From Pseudolabrys sp. (GTDB lineage Bacteria; Pseudomonadota; Alphaproteobacteria; Rhizobiales; Xanthobacteraceae), in assembly GCA_035556795.1 (NCBI GenBank), contig DATMEV010000089.1:12837-76836 (forward strand): a DNA stretch of 64,000 nt. Direction: 5' to 3'. Below the pieces are notes generated by a model. It searched no databases and had not been told where the DNA came from. It was given only the letters and a program-made list of their open reading frames with translations. The first letter of the stretch is position 1; every line of letters begins with the position of its first letter. Below are positions 1-9,789 of this stretch, piece after piece. The position numbers were made by a program, and so were the translations under genes.

Positions 1-538
1 GCAGGCCTTCCGAGTGGGGCTCGATGCGCAGCAGGCCTGGCGGATTGGAAAACATCGGTCGTGGGCTGGGCTGCGCGAAGCCCTCGCCACGCAGCAGGTC
101 GAGAAACACCTCGGCATGACGCCGGCCCATGTCGGCGTCGCTCTGTCCTTCCGCCGGGCGGTAGCCGAAATGGCGCCAGCCGTCGATCACCTGCTCGGGC
201 GAGCCACGGCTGATTCCCAATTGCAAGCGGCCGCCTGCGATCAGGTCGGCCGCGCCTGCGTCCTCGATCATGTAGAGCGGATTCTCATAGCGCATGTCGA
301 TGACCGCTGTGCCGATCTCGATACGGCGTGTCTTCGCACCGATGGCCGCCAGAAGCGGGAACGGCGACGCAAGCTGGCGGGCGAAGTGGTGAACGCGAAA
401 ATAGGCCCCGTCCGCACCGAGCGCTTCGGCCGCGACGGCCAGCTCGATGGATTGCAGGAGCGCGTCGGCCGCCGACCGCGTTTGCGATTGCGACGAGGGC
501 GTCCAATGCCCGAATGACAGGAATCCGATCTTCTTCAT
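1..538 (-). CDS. LLM-class (luciferase-like) flavin-dependent oxidoreductase, partial; the C-terminal part lies beyond the left window edge
   Basis: Absent from the ORF track because it is open at the window edge. The reverse complement from the ATG (complement of 536-538) reads MKKIGFLSFGHWTPSSQSQTRSAADALLQSIELAVAAEALGADGAYFRVHHFARQLASPFPLLAAIGAKTRRIEIGTAVIDMRYENPLYMIEDAGAADLIAGGRLQLGISRGSPEQV... with no stop to position 1. This is a typical LLM-family N-terminus. Track ORF 14..517(+) is its antisense shadow. Confidence 0.8.
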   Translation of the reverse strand, partial: MKKIGFLSFGHWTPSSQSQTRSAADALLQSIELAVAAEALGADGAYFRVHHFARQLASPFPLLAAIGAKTRRIEIGTAVIDMRYENPLYMIEDAGAADLIAGGRLQLGISRGSPEQVIDGWRHFGYRPAEGQSDADMGRRHAEVFLDLLRGEGFAQPSPRPMFSNPPGLLRIEPHSEGL

Positions 539-700
539 AAGAACGCAACCTAGCTGCGACCTTCATATCCGGGCAAGCACTGAAAGTGGACAGCGGCCGG
601 CTGTGCGGGTGCTCGCGCTGTTTTTCGTATTTCCGATAATGTCGGCTGCGCGCGCGGCCTCTTCCTCACCGCCCGTTCCTGCAACCGGACAGGCCGATGG

Positions 701-1417
701 CTACAGACGATGATTGGACGAGCTCTGATCGTCGATGGTGGCCGCGAGGCCGTCGCCTGTCCCGCTACCCGTTCCCGCCCCGCCCATTCCTCCGCCACGG
801 ACGCCTCGTTCCGAAGCCTCACGGCCGCCATCGCCTTTGCCGCGTCCTCCCGAACCAGACGGCCGGGCAGGACCTTGGGCGGGGATAGCGATGTCGAACG
901 GAATCGGGCCGATGTCGAGCGCTTTGCGAATGAAGTTGCGGAGCGACACGACGAGGTCATCCGTGCGGAGCGGATGTCCGGCAATCAGTTCGCGCACGGC
1001 GCGTTCGGCGAGGCGGACGTGCTCCTCCGTTCCGAGCAGAATGATATCCGACAGGGCAGCCTCGACCGCGTCGCGGATCCGGCGTCGGCGCTCCGAGCCC
1101 GCGTTGCGCTCGTCTCCCCGACTCTCGTCGTCGACGTCCGGCTCTTTGTTTTCTTCCGTCTCGTGATTCCGCCGATGCAGATCGCGCCGGTGCGTTGGAT
1201 CGACAGTCAGGTTGCCGGTGAAAGAGCCACCAAGCGTCTTGTAGGCTGCGATCAGTGTGCGGAGCCGCTCGTTGATCTGGCGGTTCATGCGTTCGCGGCG
1301 TTGCTGGATTGTCACCATCATCAGTAGACGGATGCCGATGCTGATGAGCGTGAACAGCGCCAGCCCGATCAGCGTTATCAGCAGGCTTTGCCAGGATGTG
1401 AAATCAATGCCGTGCAA
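701..1417 (-). CDS. hypothetical membrane-anchored protein: one N-terminal TM helix, a charged central region and a Gly-rich C-terminal tail
   Basis: 238-aa ORF. TM segment WQSLLITLIGLALFTLISIGIRLLMMV, acidic/basic linker (EENKEPDVDDESRGDERNAGSERRRR), tail GSGGRGKGDGG...GGGMGGAGTGSGTGDG. I recognise no family. Confidence 0.55.
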   Translation of the reverse strand: MHGIDFTSWQSLLITLIGLALFTLISIGIRLLMMVTIQQRRERMNRQINERLRTLIAAYKTLGGSFTGNLTVDPTHRRDLHRRNHETEENKEPDVDDESRGDERNAGSERRRRIRDAVEAALSDIILLGTEEHVRLAERAVRELIAGHPLRTDDLVVSLRNFIRKALDIGPIPFDIAIPAQGPARPSGSGGRGKGDGGREASERGVRGGGMGGAGTGSGTGDGLAATIDDQSSSNHRL

Positions 1418-1634
1418 TGGTGCCTCTGTGTCTGAGCGCCTGTTCCGCGGTATCTTTTAGGTGTCGGAGGGGTTCATTGACAGATTCCCTCTCGCCGATT
1501 CCGAGCACTGCTGATATCCGCATTAAAACATCCCGGCGCACTTGATCATCGCCGTTGATAGACGGGATCGGATTATTCGCCTGCCATCGAGCAAAGATGT
1601 CGTTTCCGTCCGTGAAGGTGAGAATTCGAGGCAC
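1404..1634 (-). CDS. small hypothetical protein (76 aa) whose end overlaps the start of the downstream gene by 14 nt
   Basis: ORF MPRILTFTDGNDIFARWQANNPIPSINGDDQVRRDVLMRISAVLGIG... has non-repetitive composition. Its overlap with the 701..1417 ORF suggests an operon. No recognisable family. Confidence 0.4.
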   Translation of the reverse strand: MPRILTFTDGNDIFARWQANNPIPSINGDDQVRRDVLMRISAVLGIGERESVNEPLRHLKDTAEQALRHRGTIARH

Positions 1635-1917
1635 CCTACCTGATTATTTCTGGCAAAGTATCATGGGTACGAGAGTGCCAAAAAGATATCATGAGGGTGC
1701 TGTCGTTGCGATGAAGCACCCTCTGCTAACGCCGACGGCGTGGCCGCGGTCTGCCGTGTCAGGGCATAGGTCGATATTGGCAGTGGATACGGCACTGTCT
1801 AAGCGCACTCAGGTGGGCCGAAAATATCCGTGGTCTCAAAGTCGAAAGCTCTCTCAACTCATGGTGAGAGGGTTCTACGGTGACTTGTTCTCGGCGGCCG
1901 TCGAATGCCGCCATGTT

Positions 1918-2241
1918 CTACTCGGGCGTCCTGTTTGCGGGGAAGCGCGTCGGGGAACCATTCAAATCCCGGCCTGTCGCCATTTCCGGTTGCTGGCTGG
2001 CTCTTTCCGGATCCACCGCTCGCTGACCTGTGGTTTCTTGTCGGGTTGTGCCGCGGTTACCCCCGACCCAGCCGGTTGAACCGAGGCCCGACGGTTCGGT
2101 CCCGGAGCCGCTCGTATGTGGAACCGCCGCGGGTCGCTCTGGAGCCGTCGCGGGCGGGGTGTGGTTGCTTTGGCCGAGTGCCGCGGTGGCCGACGCCAGA
2201 ACGAACGCCGTTATGAGCAAAAGAGAGTTACGCGACTTCAT
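1918..2241 (-). CDS. hypothetical exported low-complexity protein
   Basis: Internal start MKSRNSLLLITAFVLASATAALGQ has the form of a Sec signal peptide. The mature part is Pro/Thr/Gly-rich. Start chosen at the Met preceding the signal peptide (track ORF 1918..2262). Confidence 0.45.
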   Translation of the reverse strand: MKSRNSLLLITAFVLASATAALGQSNHTPPATAPERPAAVPHTSGSGTEPSGLGSTGWVGGNRGTTRQETTGQRAVDPERASQQPEMATGRDLNGSPTRFPANRTPE

Positions 2242-2532
2242 CGCTACCTCCCGCTGGGGCAAAGACGAGGAACGAAACTGAACGCGAAAACGTTCCTGCT
2301 CAATGAACCTGCTGTGGCAACAGGGATTTCCGTCTGCAACAGGGAGATGAAAATTGTCGGGCGGCTCGACACCGCGGCTGCTTCAATGCGTTCGTCAATT
2401 TGACATTATTTGACTGCATTTTGATCCTGAAAACATCCTGAAAAGGCGCAGCCAAAAAAGCTGTAGCGAAGATTGCGAGAGAGCGGCGAGAAACGAGACA
2501 AGAGAGAAACCAAAAGAAAAGCGCGGAAAACG

Positions 2533-2546
2533 GAGTTCAGGAACTC
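2533..2546. promoter_or_regulatory. perfect palindrome GAGTTC-AG-GAACTC about 50 nt upstream of the fdnG start, at the end of a T-free purine-rich tract
   Basis: Read directly: gagttcaggaactc. It could be an operator or a short 5'-UTR hairpin. No known consensus assigned. Confidence 0.25.
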
Positions 2547-2598
2547 AGTTCGATAGCCAGATCATCTTGGGGGGAGGACGTCTCAAGGAGATTTGCAA

Positions 2599-5500
2599 AT
2601 GAATATCGAGCTCTCGCGGCGCCAGTTCGTGGCGGGCACCGGCGCCGGAATTGCCGGTACATCGCTGGGTGCGTTTGGCTTCGGAGGTGTGGAGGCAGCC
2701 TACGCAGCCGCGATCCGTCCCTGGAAGCTCAGCAACACGACCGAAACCAGAAACACCTGCACCTATTGCTCGGTCGCGTGTGGCATCATCATGTATTCCA
2801 AGGGCAGCCTCGCCAAGGGCGAGAAGGCCGACATCATCCACATCGAAGGTGACGTGGATCACCCGACCAATCGCGGCACGCTTTGTCCAAAGGGTGCGGC
2901 GCTGCTCGATTACGTCCATTCGGAAACGCGGCTCAGATATCCGATGGTCCGCCGGCCGGGCTCCGACAAATTCGAGCGCCTGTCGTGGAACGAAGCGCTC
3001 GATCGCATCGCGCGGCTGATGAAGGACGATCGTGATCGCAATCTGATTGAGAAGAACGACGACGGCGTGACGGTCAACCGCTGGACGACGACCGGTTTTC
3101 TGGCGGCATCGGCGACAACCAACGAGACCGCATGGGCAACCTATAAGGTCGTTCGCAGTGCCGGCATGGTCGTGTTCGACAACCAGGCGAGGGTCTGACA
3201 CGGACCCACGGTGTCCAGTTTGGGCCCAACGTTTGGTCGCGGCGCGATGACAAATTCCTGGACCGACATCCAGAACACCGACCTCGTCGTCATCATGGGC
3301 GGTAATGCCGCCGAGGCGCATCCTTGCGGATTCAAATGGGTCACGGAGGCGAAGGCCAACCGGGGCGCACGGCTGATTGTCGTCGACCCGCGATTCACCC
3401 GTTCTGCATCGGTTGCGGATGTGTATGCGCCGATCCGACAGGGAACGGACATCGCCTTCTTGCTGGGCGTCATCAACTACTGCATCCAGAACGGTAAGGT
3501 GCAGTGGGACTATACGAAGATGTTTACCAACGCGCCCTATGTCGTGAAGGAGGGCTTTGCCTACAATGATGGGCTGTTCACCGGATATGATGATACGCGT
3601 CGCGACTATGATCGCTCCAGTTGGGATTACGAACTCGGCCCGGACGGCTATGTTGTCGCCGACGATACGCTGCAACATCCGCGTTGCGTGTGGAATCTGC
3701 TCAAGCAGCATGTCTCCATCTATACGCCGGAAATGGTGGAGCGAATCTGCGGTACGCCGAAGGACAAGTTCCTGAAAGTGGCGCAGATGATCGGCGAATG
3801 TTCGTCGCCGACCAAGACCATGACGTCGATGTATGCGCTCGGGTGGACCCAGCATTCGAAGGGTTCGCAGAACATCCGCAGCATGGCGATGCTGCAACTT
3901 ATCCTGGGCAATATCGGCGTGCGCGGCGGCGGAATGAACGCCCTGCGCGGTCATTCCAACATTCAGGGGCTGACCGACATTGGCCTAATGTCGAATCTGA
4001 TCCCTGGATATCTGACAATTCCGACGGAGAAAGAGACGACATTCGACGCTTATATGTCGACGCGTGGGTTCAAGCCCTTGCGCCCCAACCAGATGAGTTA
4101 CTGGCAAAACTACAAGAAATTTTTTGTCAGTTTCCAGAAGGCGATGTGGGGCGATGCAGCCAATCCCGACAACAACTTCGCATATGATTATCTGCCGAAG
4201 CTCGACTTGCCGTCCTACGACGTGCTGCGGGCGTTCGAGTTGATGCACGAAGGAAAGATGACCGGCTATTTCTGCCAGGGCTTCAATCCGCTGTTGGCAT
4301 TCCCGAACAGAAAGAAGCTGACGGCAGCGCTATCCAAGCTGAAATTCCTGGTGACGATGGATCCGCTCGAAACCGAGACCTCCCGGTTCTGGGAAAATCA
4401 CGGCGAGTTCAACGACGTCGCTTCCGCCAATATCCAGACGGAAGTCTTTCAGCTTCCGGCCACCTGCTTTGCCGAGGATGCCGGTTCGCTGGTCAACTCG
4501 GGTCGCTGGCTGCAATGGCATTGGGCCGGCGGAACGCCGCCCGGGGAGGCGCGCTCCGATGTCTGGATTATGGCGCAGCTCTATCTGCGATTGAAAGCGC
4601 TGTATCAGAAGGAGGGCGGCAAGAATCCGCGACCGATCCTCGATCTGACCTGGCCGTACCAGGATGCGAACGAGCCGACGCCGGAGGAACTGGCGAAGGA
4701 ACTCAACGGCTATGTCGTCGAAGACGTCACCGATCCAAACGACCCCGCGAAGGTCGTTCTGCAGAAGGGCAAGCAGCTCGCCACCTTCGGGCTGCTGCGC
4801 GATGACGGCAAGACCGCCGCGGGATGCTGGATCTATACCGGCTGCTTCACCGAGGCGGGCAACATCATGGCGCGCCGCGATAACCGCGATCCGGACGATA
4901 CTGGCGCTTTCCCGAACTGGGCGTTCTCATGGCCGGCAAACCGCCGGATTCTGTACAACCGGGCCTCGGCGGACATCAACGGCAAGCCCTGGGATCCGTC
5001 GCGAAAGCTGATCGAGTGGAACGGTACCGCGTGGGTTGGTTACGATGTTCCGGACATTGCACCGAACGCGAAGCCGGATCAGGTCGGCCCGTTCATCATG
5101 AACCCGGAGGGGACTGCACGGCTCTTCACCCGGGGCCTGATGCGGGACGGTCCGTTCCCGGCGCATTACGAACCGTTCGAGTCGCCGATCGCCAATGTGG
5201 TTGCGCCGCAGATCCGCGGCAATCCGGTTGCCCGCGTGTTTAGAGGCGACATGGAGCAGTTCGGCGATGCCAAGGAGTTTCCCTATGCGGCGACCTCATA
5301 TCGACTGACCGAGCATTTTCATTTCTGGACCAAACACGCGGAGATCAATGCATCGCTGCAGCCTGAATTCTTCGTCGAAATTGGCGAGGAACTGGCGAAA
5401 GAGAAGGGCATCAAGCCCGGCGGCTGGGTACGCGTGTTCTCCAAGCGGGGCTCGATCAAGGCCAAGGCCGTGGTGACGAAACGGATCCAGCCGCTGACCT

Positions 5501-5679
5501 GCGACGGCAAGAAAGTGCACATCGTGGGCATTCCGCTGCATTGGGGATTTATCGGCGCAACGAGGAAAGGTTTCGGGCCGAACAGCCTGACGCCCTATGT
5601 CGGCGACGCCAACATCGAGACACCGGAATACAAGGCGTTCCTGGTGGACATCGAAGCCATTCCGGGGCCGACGGCCTAA
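2599..5679 (+). CDS. fdnG: formate dehydrogenase (FdnG/FdoG type) molybdopterin catalytic alpha subunit, Tat-exported and selenocysteine-containing
   Basis: Track ORFs 2593..3198 and 3211..5679 are in the same frame, separated only by TGA at 3196-3198. Context [29 protein letters not shown] matches the conserved Sec site of E. coli FdnG/FdoG. Twin-arginine signal [18 protein letters not shown]-terminal Fe-S motif [11 protein letters not shown] at 2599 is preceded by AAGGAG (2585-2590). Followed by fdnH, fdnI and fdhE. Confidence 0.93.
3196..3198 (+). other. in-frame UGA recoded as selenocysteine; a SECIS hairpin is expected within about 40 nt downstream
   Basis: The frame stays open on both sides and the conserved RV-U-HGPTV context is present. 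I could not confidently fold the SECIS by eye. Confidence 0.85.
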
Positions 5680-5693
5680 AGGGGAGGCTGAAT

Positions 5694-6635
5694 ATGGTTA
5701 TGCACATCCCCGCTCACAATCCAGCGGCCGACGCAACGGCGACGTTGGGCCAGCAGGATCTGGTGCGTCGCTCGGCATCGACGGTGCCGCCGCCCGCACG
5801 ACAGCTCACGCCGGTGGCCAAACTCATCGACGTGTCGAAATGCATCGGCTGCAAGGCCTGTCAGTCAGCCTGTCTCGAATGGAATGATCTCCGCGAGGAG
5901 GTCGGCGTCAATGTCGGCGTCTACGACAATCCGCCCGATCTGACGCCGTCGAGCCTGACGGTGATGAAGTTTACCGAATGGATGAACCCCGAGACGCAGA
6001 ATCTGGAATGGCTAATCCGCAAGGACGGCTGCATGCATTGTGCCGATCCCGGATGCCTGGAAGCCTGTCCGGCGCCGGGCGCCATCGTGCAATATTCGAA
6101 CGGTATCGTCGATTTCGTGCACGAGAACTGCATCGGCTGCGGCTACTGCATCAAGGGCTGCCCGTTCAATATCCCGCGCATCTCCAAGGTCGACAATACC
6201 GCCTACAAATGCACGCTCTGTTCGGACCGCATTGCTGTTGGCCAAGGTCCTGCATGCGCCAAGGCGTGTCCGACCCAGGCCATCGTGTTCGGCACCAAGG
6301 ATGAGATGAAGAAACATGCCGAGTGGCGCATCAAGGACCTCAAGTCGCGCGGCTTCGACAATGCGGGTCTGTACGATCCGCCCGGCGTCGGCGGGACGCA
6401 TGTCATGTATGTTCTGCATCACAATGACCGGCCGGAGCTCTATGCCAATCTTCCGCGAAACCCGCGCATCAGTCCGATCGTCGAGGTCTGGAAGGGAATG
6501 GCCAAATATGTCGGTCTTGCAGCGATGGGTGCGTTCGCCGCTGTCGGTGTTCTCCATTATCTCGTTATCGGACCGAACGAAGTGTCAAGTCAGGATGAAC
6601 GGGATGCCGAAAATCTGACCCGAGGCGAGCGATGA
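5694..6635 (+). CDS. fdnH: formate dehydrogenase iron-sulfur beta subunit
   Basis: Four Cys clusters: [35 protein letters not shown] and [21 protein letters not shown]-terminal TM helix. ATG at 5694 follows GGGGAGG (5681-5687), 15 nt after the fdnG stop. The track ORF start at 5541 overlaps fdnG and is unlikely. Confidence 0.92.
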   Translation: MVMHIPAHNPAADATATLGQQDLVRRSASTVPPPARQLTPVAKLIDVSKCIGCKACQSACLEWNDLREEVGVNVGVYDNPPDLTPSSLTVMKFTEWMNPETQNLEWLIRKDGCMHCADPGCLEACPAPGAIVQYSNGIVDFVHENCIGCGYCIKGCPFNIPRISKVDNTAYKCTLCSDRIAVGQGPACAKACPTQAIVFGTKDEMKKHAEWRIKDLKSRGFDNAGLYDPPGVGGTHVMYVLHHNDRPELYANLPRNPRISPIVEVWKGMAKYVGLAAMGAFAAVGVLHYLVIGPNEVSSQDERDAENLTRGER

Positions 6636-7309
6636 CGGCCTACGACGTCGAGCGCGGCGACAATATCCATGCCGGCCGGCCCGTCACGGTCGATCGGTAT
6701 ACTTCGGGTGCCCGTATCAATCACTGGATCACGGCGATATCGCTGGTCTTGCTGGCACTGTCCGGACTTCCCTTGTTCCACCCAAGTCTGTTTTTTCTGA
6801 CGGCTCTGTTCGGCGGCGGCCAGTGGACGCGCACGATTCATCCCTGGATCGGCGTGGTCTTGTTTTTCAGTTTCGCAGCCTTGTTTCTTCGTTTCTGGAA
6901 GGCAAATTTGTGGAAGCGTGAGGACGGCACGTGGCTTGCCCGGCTGCGCGACGTGTTGACCGGGCATGAGGAAAAGCTGCCGGAGGTCGGAAAGTACAAT
7001 GCTGGTCAGAAGGTCGTGTTCTGGTCGATGTCGTTGCTGATCATCGTTCTGATATGCAGCGGAATACTGATCTGGGATCGGTATTTTTCAGGCTACTTCA
7101 CCATCGAGCAAAGGCGGATTGCAGTACTGGTGCATGCACTCGCAGCGGTGACCATCATCTGTGTCTGGATTGTCCATGTCTATGCGGCGATCTGGGTGCG
7201 GGGAACGATCGGCGCCATGACGAGAGGGCAGGTCACTGGCGGCTGGGCGTGGCGCCACCATCGCAAATGGCTGCGCGAACTCGTCGGCGGAAAGCAGCCG
7301 GATCGTTGA
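6632..7309 (+). CDS. fdnI: formate dehydrogenase cytochrome b556 gamma subunit
   Basis: 225-aa protein with four TM helices and conserved His ([10 protein letters not shown]...; WIVHVY). ATGA overlap with the fdnH stop. Position matches an fdnGHI operon. Confidence 0.88.
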   Translation: MTAYDVERGDNIHAGRPVTVDRYTSGARINHWITAISLVLLALSGLPLFHPSLFFLTALFGGGQWTRTIHPWIGVVLFFSFAALFLRFWKANLWKREDGTWLARLRDVLTGHEEKLPEVGKYNAGQKVVFWSMSLLIIVLICSGILIWDRYFSGYFTIEQRRIAVLVHALAAVTIICVWIVHVYAAIWVRGTIGAMTRGQVTGGWAWRHHRKWLRELVGGKQPDR

Positions 7310-7376
7310 ACGGCATGGCCGTGGCACGCAGATGCTGCTGTTGTGCTTCTCTCATACGGGGGCATGCGCGGGTAGG

Positions 7377-8300
7377 ATGACGATGAACAAGCCTGGTACA
7401 CCGCGCTACGACGCAGTTCCGATCGGAAGGGTCGCGGCGCCCCCCTTCGCCCGGCTGCCCGATCCGCTGACGATTTTTGCTGTTCGCGCGGACCGTCTGC
7501 GCGCACTGGCGGAAGCGCACGAACTGGCGCCCTATCTGCGGTTTCTCGCCGACCTATGCGAATGCCAGCATCGCGTCCAGGAGGAGCTCCCGGAACCGGA
7601 TATGCCGGAAGCAGTCGTGTTGAGGCGTGCGCACGATTTCGGCATGCCGCCGCTCGATCGCAGCCGATTCGCAATGGACGCAACTTTCGAAATCACGCTG
7701 CGGCGGATGCTCGATCTGGCGGCAGCAATCGACATGCCGAGGGACGCGCGCGTGGCGCTGTCGCGTGTACGGACGGCAAATGCACTTGCGTCCTGTTTGA
7801 TGATCCGAGACGTACTCGCAGACACGATCCCCGTCGAAGCGATTGCCGAACATGCTTATGTCGCGGCAGCGTTGCAGGTGCATTTTGTCCGGCTCGCCGC
7901 GCGACTGGAAACAAAATCACTCGTTCCGGTCGGTGATGGAATATGCCCGTGCTGCGGCGGCGCGCCGGTTTCGTCGGTCGTCGTCGGCTGGGAGGGAGCA
8001 TTCGGTTCGCGTTTCTGCGTCTGCTCGCTGTGCGCAACCTATTGGCACGTTGTACGCATCAAATGCACGATCTGCGGTTCGACCAAAGGCGTCGCCTATC
8101 AGGAAGTCGACGGTAGCGACGGCAGCGTCAAGGCCGAGATCTGTGACAATTGCCATGCCTACCTGAAGATCATGCAGCAGCATCACAATCCGGCCCTGGA
8201 GCCGGTTGCCGATGATGTTGCCACGCTGGCTCTTGATCTGCTGGTCCGCGAAGGCGATTACCGACGTGGTGCCGTCAATCCGTTTCTGCTTGGATACTGA
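7377..8300 (+). CDS. fdhE: formate dehydrogenase accessory protein FdhE
   Basis: Four CxxC pairs (CPCCGG, CSLC, CTICGS, CDNC) and the FdhE-like N-terminus FARLPDP...LAPYLRFLADL. Start taken at the internal ATG 7377; the track start is 7332. Confidence 0.88.
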   Translation: MTMNKPGTPRYDAVPIGRVAAPPFARLPDPLTIFAVRADRLRALAEAHELAPYLRFLADLCECQHRVQEELPEPDMPEAVVLRRAHDFGMPPLDRSRFAMDATFEITLRRMLDLAAAIDMPRDARVALSRVRTANALASCLMIRDVLADTIPVEAIAEHAYVAAALQVHFVRLAARLETKSLVPVGDGICPCCGGAPVSSVVVGWEGAFGSRFCVCSLCATYWHVVRIKCTICGSTKGVAYQEVDGSDGSVKAEICDNCHAYLKIMQQHHNPALEPVADDVATLALDLLVREGDYRRGAVNPFLLGY

Positions 8301-8392
8301 GAGAGCAAGGGTCGGAGGCGCCTGCATGATATGGCTTTCCGGTCGCGCCGCAGGAGCGCCAGATTTGCAAGTTATTGTCAGGGAGCAGACGG

Positions 8393-8851
8393 ATGAATCC
8401 GATACCGTCATTCCTGGATAACCTGAAGGGAGCCGCCGACAGTGCCGCTGCCGCCGAAGATGAGTTCCGGCATTCCATCGCGCAGCGAACAAAATCGCTC
8501 GAACAAGAGCGCAAGTTTGCATTTCGACGGTTGAATCTGATGCGCGCCGTCGCCGAGGTCGTGACGGGGGCAGAGAACGAGGCGATGGCGGTCGTCGCCG
8601 CCAACGCAGTTTTGCGAAGCAAGCTAGGATGGGAAACCGACAGCGCCGCACGTGCCGAGGTGTTTTCGCAATTTGCGCCGGTCGTGCAAGCGATGTTCAC
8701 GACGTTCTCGTCGCCCGAGAAAAGCTCTCCTGATGCAGACGTGCTGCGTGCTCTGGATGAATTCGAATCCTGGTATTTGCAGAACCGCCCTGGCCCGTTC
8801 TGGGTCCTGTTTGAAAACTACATACCGGAGACGCCCGTTGTCGACTTTTGA
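8393..8851 (+). CDS. hypothetical protein
   Basis: ORF MNPIPSFLDNLKGAADSAAAAEDEFRHSIAQRTKSLEQERKFAFRRLNLMRAVAEVV... ATG at 8393 is preceded by GGGAGC. The track start at 8375 is TTG. No family recognised. Confidence 0.55.
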   Translation: MNPIPSFLDNLKGAADSAAAAEDEFRHSIAQRTKSLEQERKFAFRRLNLMRAVAEVVTGAENEAMAVVAANAVLRSKLGWETDSAARAEVFSQFAPVVQAMFTTFSSPEKSSPDADVLRALDEFESWYLQNRPGPFWVLFENYIPETPVVDF

Positions 8852-9227
8852 AGAATATCAGTCTTTCGACAGCTGGATCGTCGAGGAGTTTTCTCGAACC
8901 GGTTCGTTTACGGCGTGCGCCGTATTGGTTTCGATTTCCGGCGGCGCGGTGACGCCGCTATGCTCGACACATTTCAACGTCCTTGGCGATGAGGTCGGCT
9001 GGGCCGATGTCACAGTTCTGCTCGCCGGCGCTGGTCGTGACTGGGACGGCGTGTCAATCTTCCCGATGGTCCGGTCCGATCAGGGACCGCTCGACAATCC
9101 CACCGCACGGCTGAGGCTGCACGAACTCGAAGAGCGCATTGACGAGGATCGTCTGGTGTTGAACGAGGGACAATGCTTCGACAAACGGGGGTGTCGTCTC
9201 TGCATCGAGAAAGCGGATTTGCGATGA
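8838..9227 (+). CDS. hypothetical protein; start uncertain (TTG at 8838 proposed)
   Basis: Track ORF 8652..9227. Its 5' part overlaps the previous gene out of frame and is Arg/Cys-rich junk. From STFEEYQSFDSWIVEEFSRTGSF... onward the composition is protein-like. The TTG at 8838 overlaps the stop of the previous gene. Confidence 0.4.
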   Translation: MSTFEEYQSFDSWIVEEFSRTGSFTACAVLVSISGGAVTPLCSTHFNVLGDEVGWADVTVLLAGAGRDWDGVSIFPMVRSDQGPLDNPTARLRLHELEERIDEDRLVLNEGQCFDKRGCRLCIEKADLR

Positions 9228-9333
9228 CGGCTTGCAAGGCTCCGTTGTCTGTCTCGCGGGGACGCGAGCGACGAACCCGAAAACAGGCTGACGCACACCG
9301 TGCCGTGTGCAAACATTGTAACGGCTCGGAAGC

Positions 9334-9789
9334 ATGTTCATTGGACAGACCGTGACCCGGATCCAAGAGTTCGATTTCCCTGAGCGTCTGCTGTATGACG
9401 TGGACAACCAGATCTGGTACGAACCGCTTTCCGATGGGACGGTGCGTGCTGGATTTACGCCGCTGGCGATATCGTTGGCAGGCGAGGTGCTGGTGTATAC
9501 GCCGAAGCGCATCGGCAAGGACTTCGAGACAAACAGGTCGTTCGCCACGATCGAATGCGGTAAATGGGTGGGCGCGGCGCGTGCCGCGTTCGATGGAGTC
9601 GTTGTAGCCCACAACGAAGCACTGATCCGGAAACCGGAAATGCTGAACGACGATGCGTTCGGGCAGGCGTGGTTGCTCATTGTGTGTCCCGCCCGCGACG
9701 ATTGGCGGTCACGTCTTGTGACGGGCGCCGAGATCAAACCTGTTTTCGATGTATGGCTTGCCGCAGAGAAATATCGGGATCGCAGGTGA
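9334..9789 (+). CDS. glycine-cleavage H-protein-like (GcvH family) protein
   Basis: Typical GcvH N-terminus (YDVDNQIWYEPLSDGTVRAGFTPLAISLAGEVLVY). Position equivalent to the lipoyl-Lys motif reads ATIECGKWVGAA. C-terminal DAFGQAWLL is characteristic of the family. Confidence 0.7.
   Translation: MFIGQTVTRIQEFDFPERLLYDVDNQIWYEPLSDGTVRAGFTPLAISLAGEVLVYTPKRIGKDFETNRSFATIECGKWVGAARAAFDGVVVAHNEALIRKPEMLNDDAFGQAWLLIVCPARDDWRSRLVTGAEIKPVFDVWLAAEKYRDRR

Noticed and set aside
701-1634. Toxin-antitoxin interpretation of the overlapping small/large ORF pair, based on a weak W..N.P.P...G resemblance to Xre/ParS-type antitoxin C-domains
   Set aside because: The resemblance is too loose, and the larger partner is a membrane-anchored low-complexity protein with no toxin fold that I can recognise.
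2400-2438. TTGACA/TTGACT -35-like hexamers upstream of fdnG as a sigma-70 promoter
   Set aside because: No acceptable -10 element lies at 16-18 bp spacing (GATCCT / ACATCC), so the evidence is too weak to annotate.
2545-3954. 469-aa ORF on the minus strand, antisense to fdnG
   Set aside because: Arg/Ala/His/Gly-rich shadow ORF of a GC-rich gene. The plus-strand frame carries unmistakable FdnG motifs.
2593-5679. Possibility that the interrupted fdnG is a pseudogene or two separate genes
   Set aside because: It has a single in-frame TGA exactly at the conserved Sec position, no other disruption, and an intact downstream operon.
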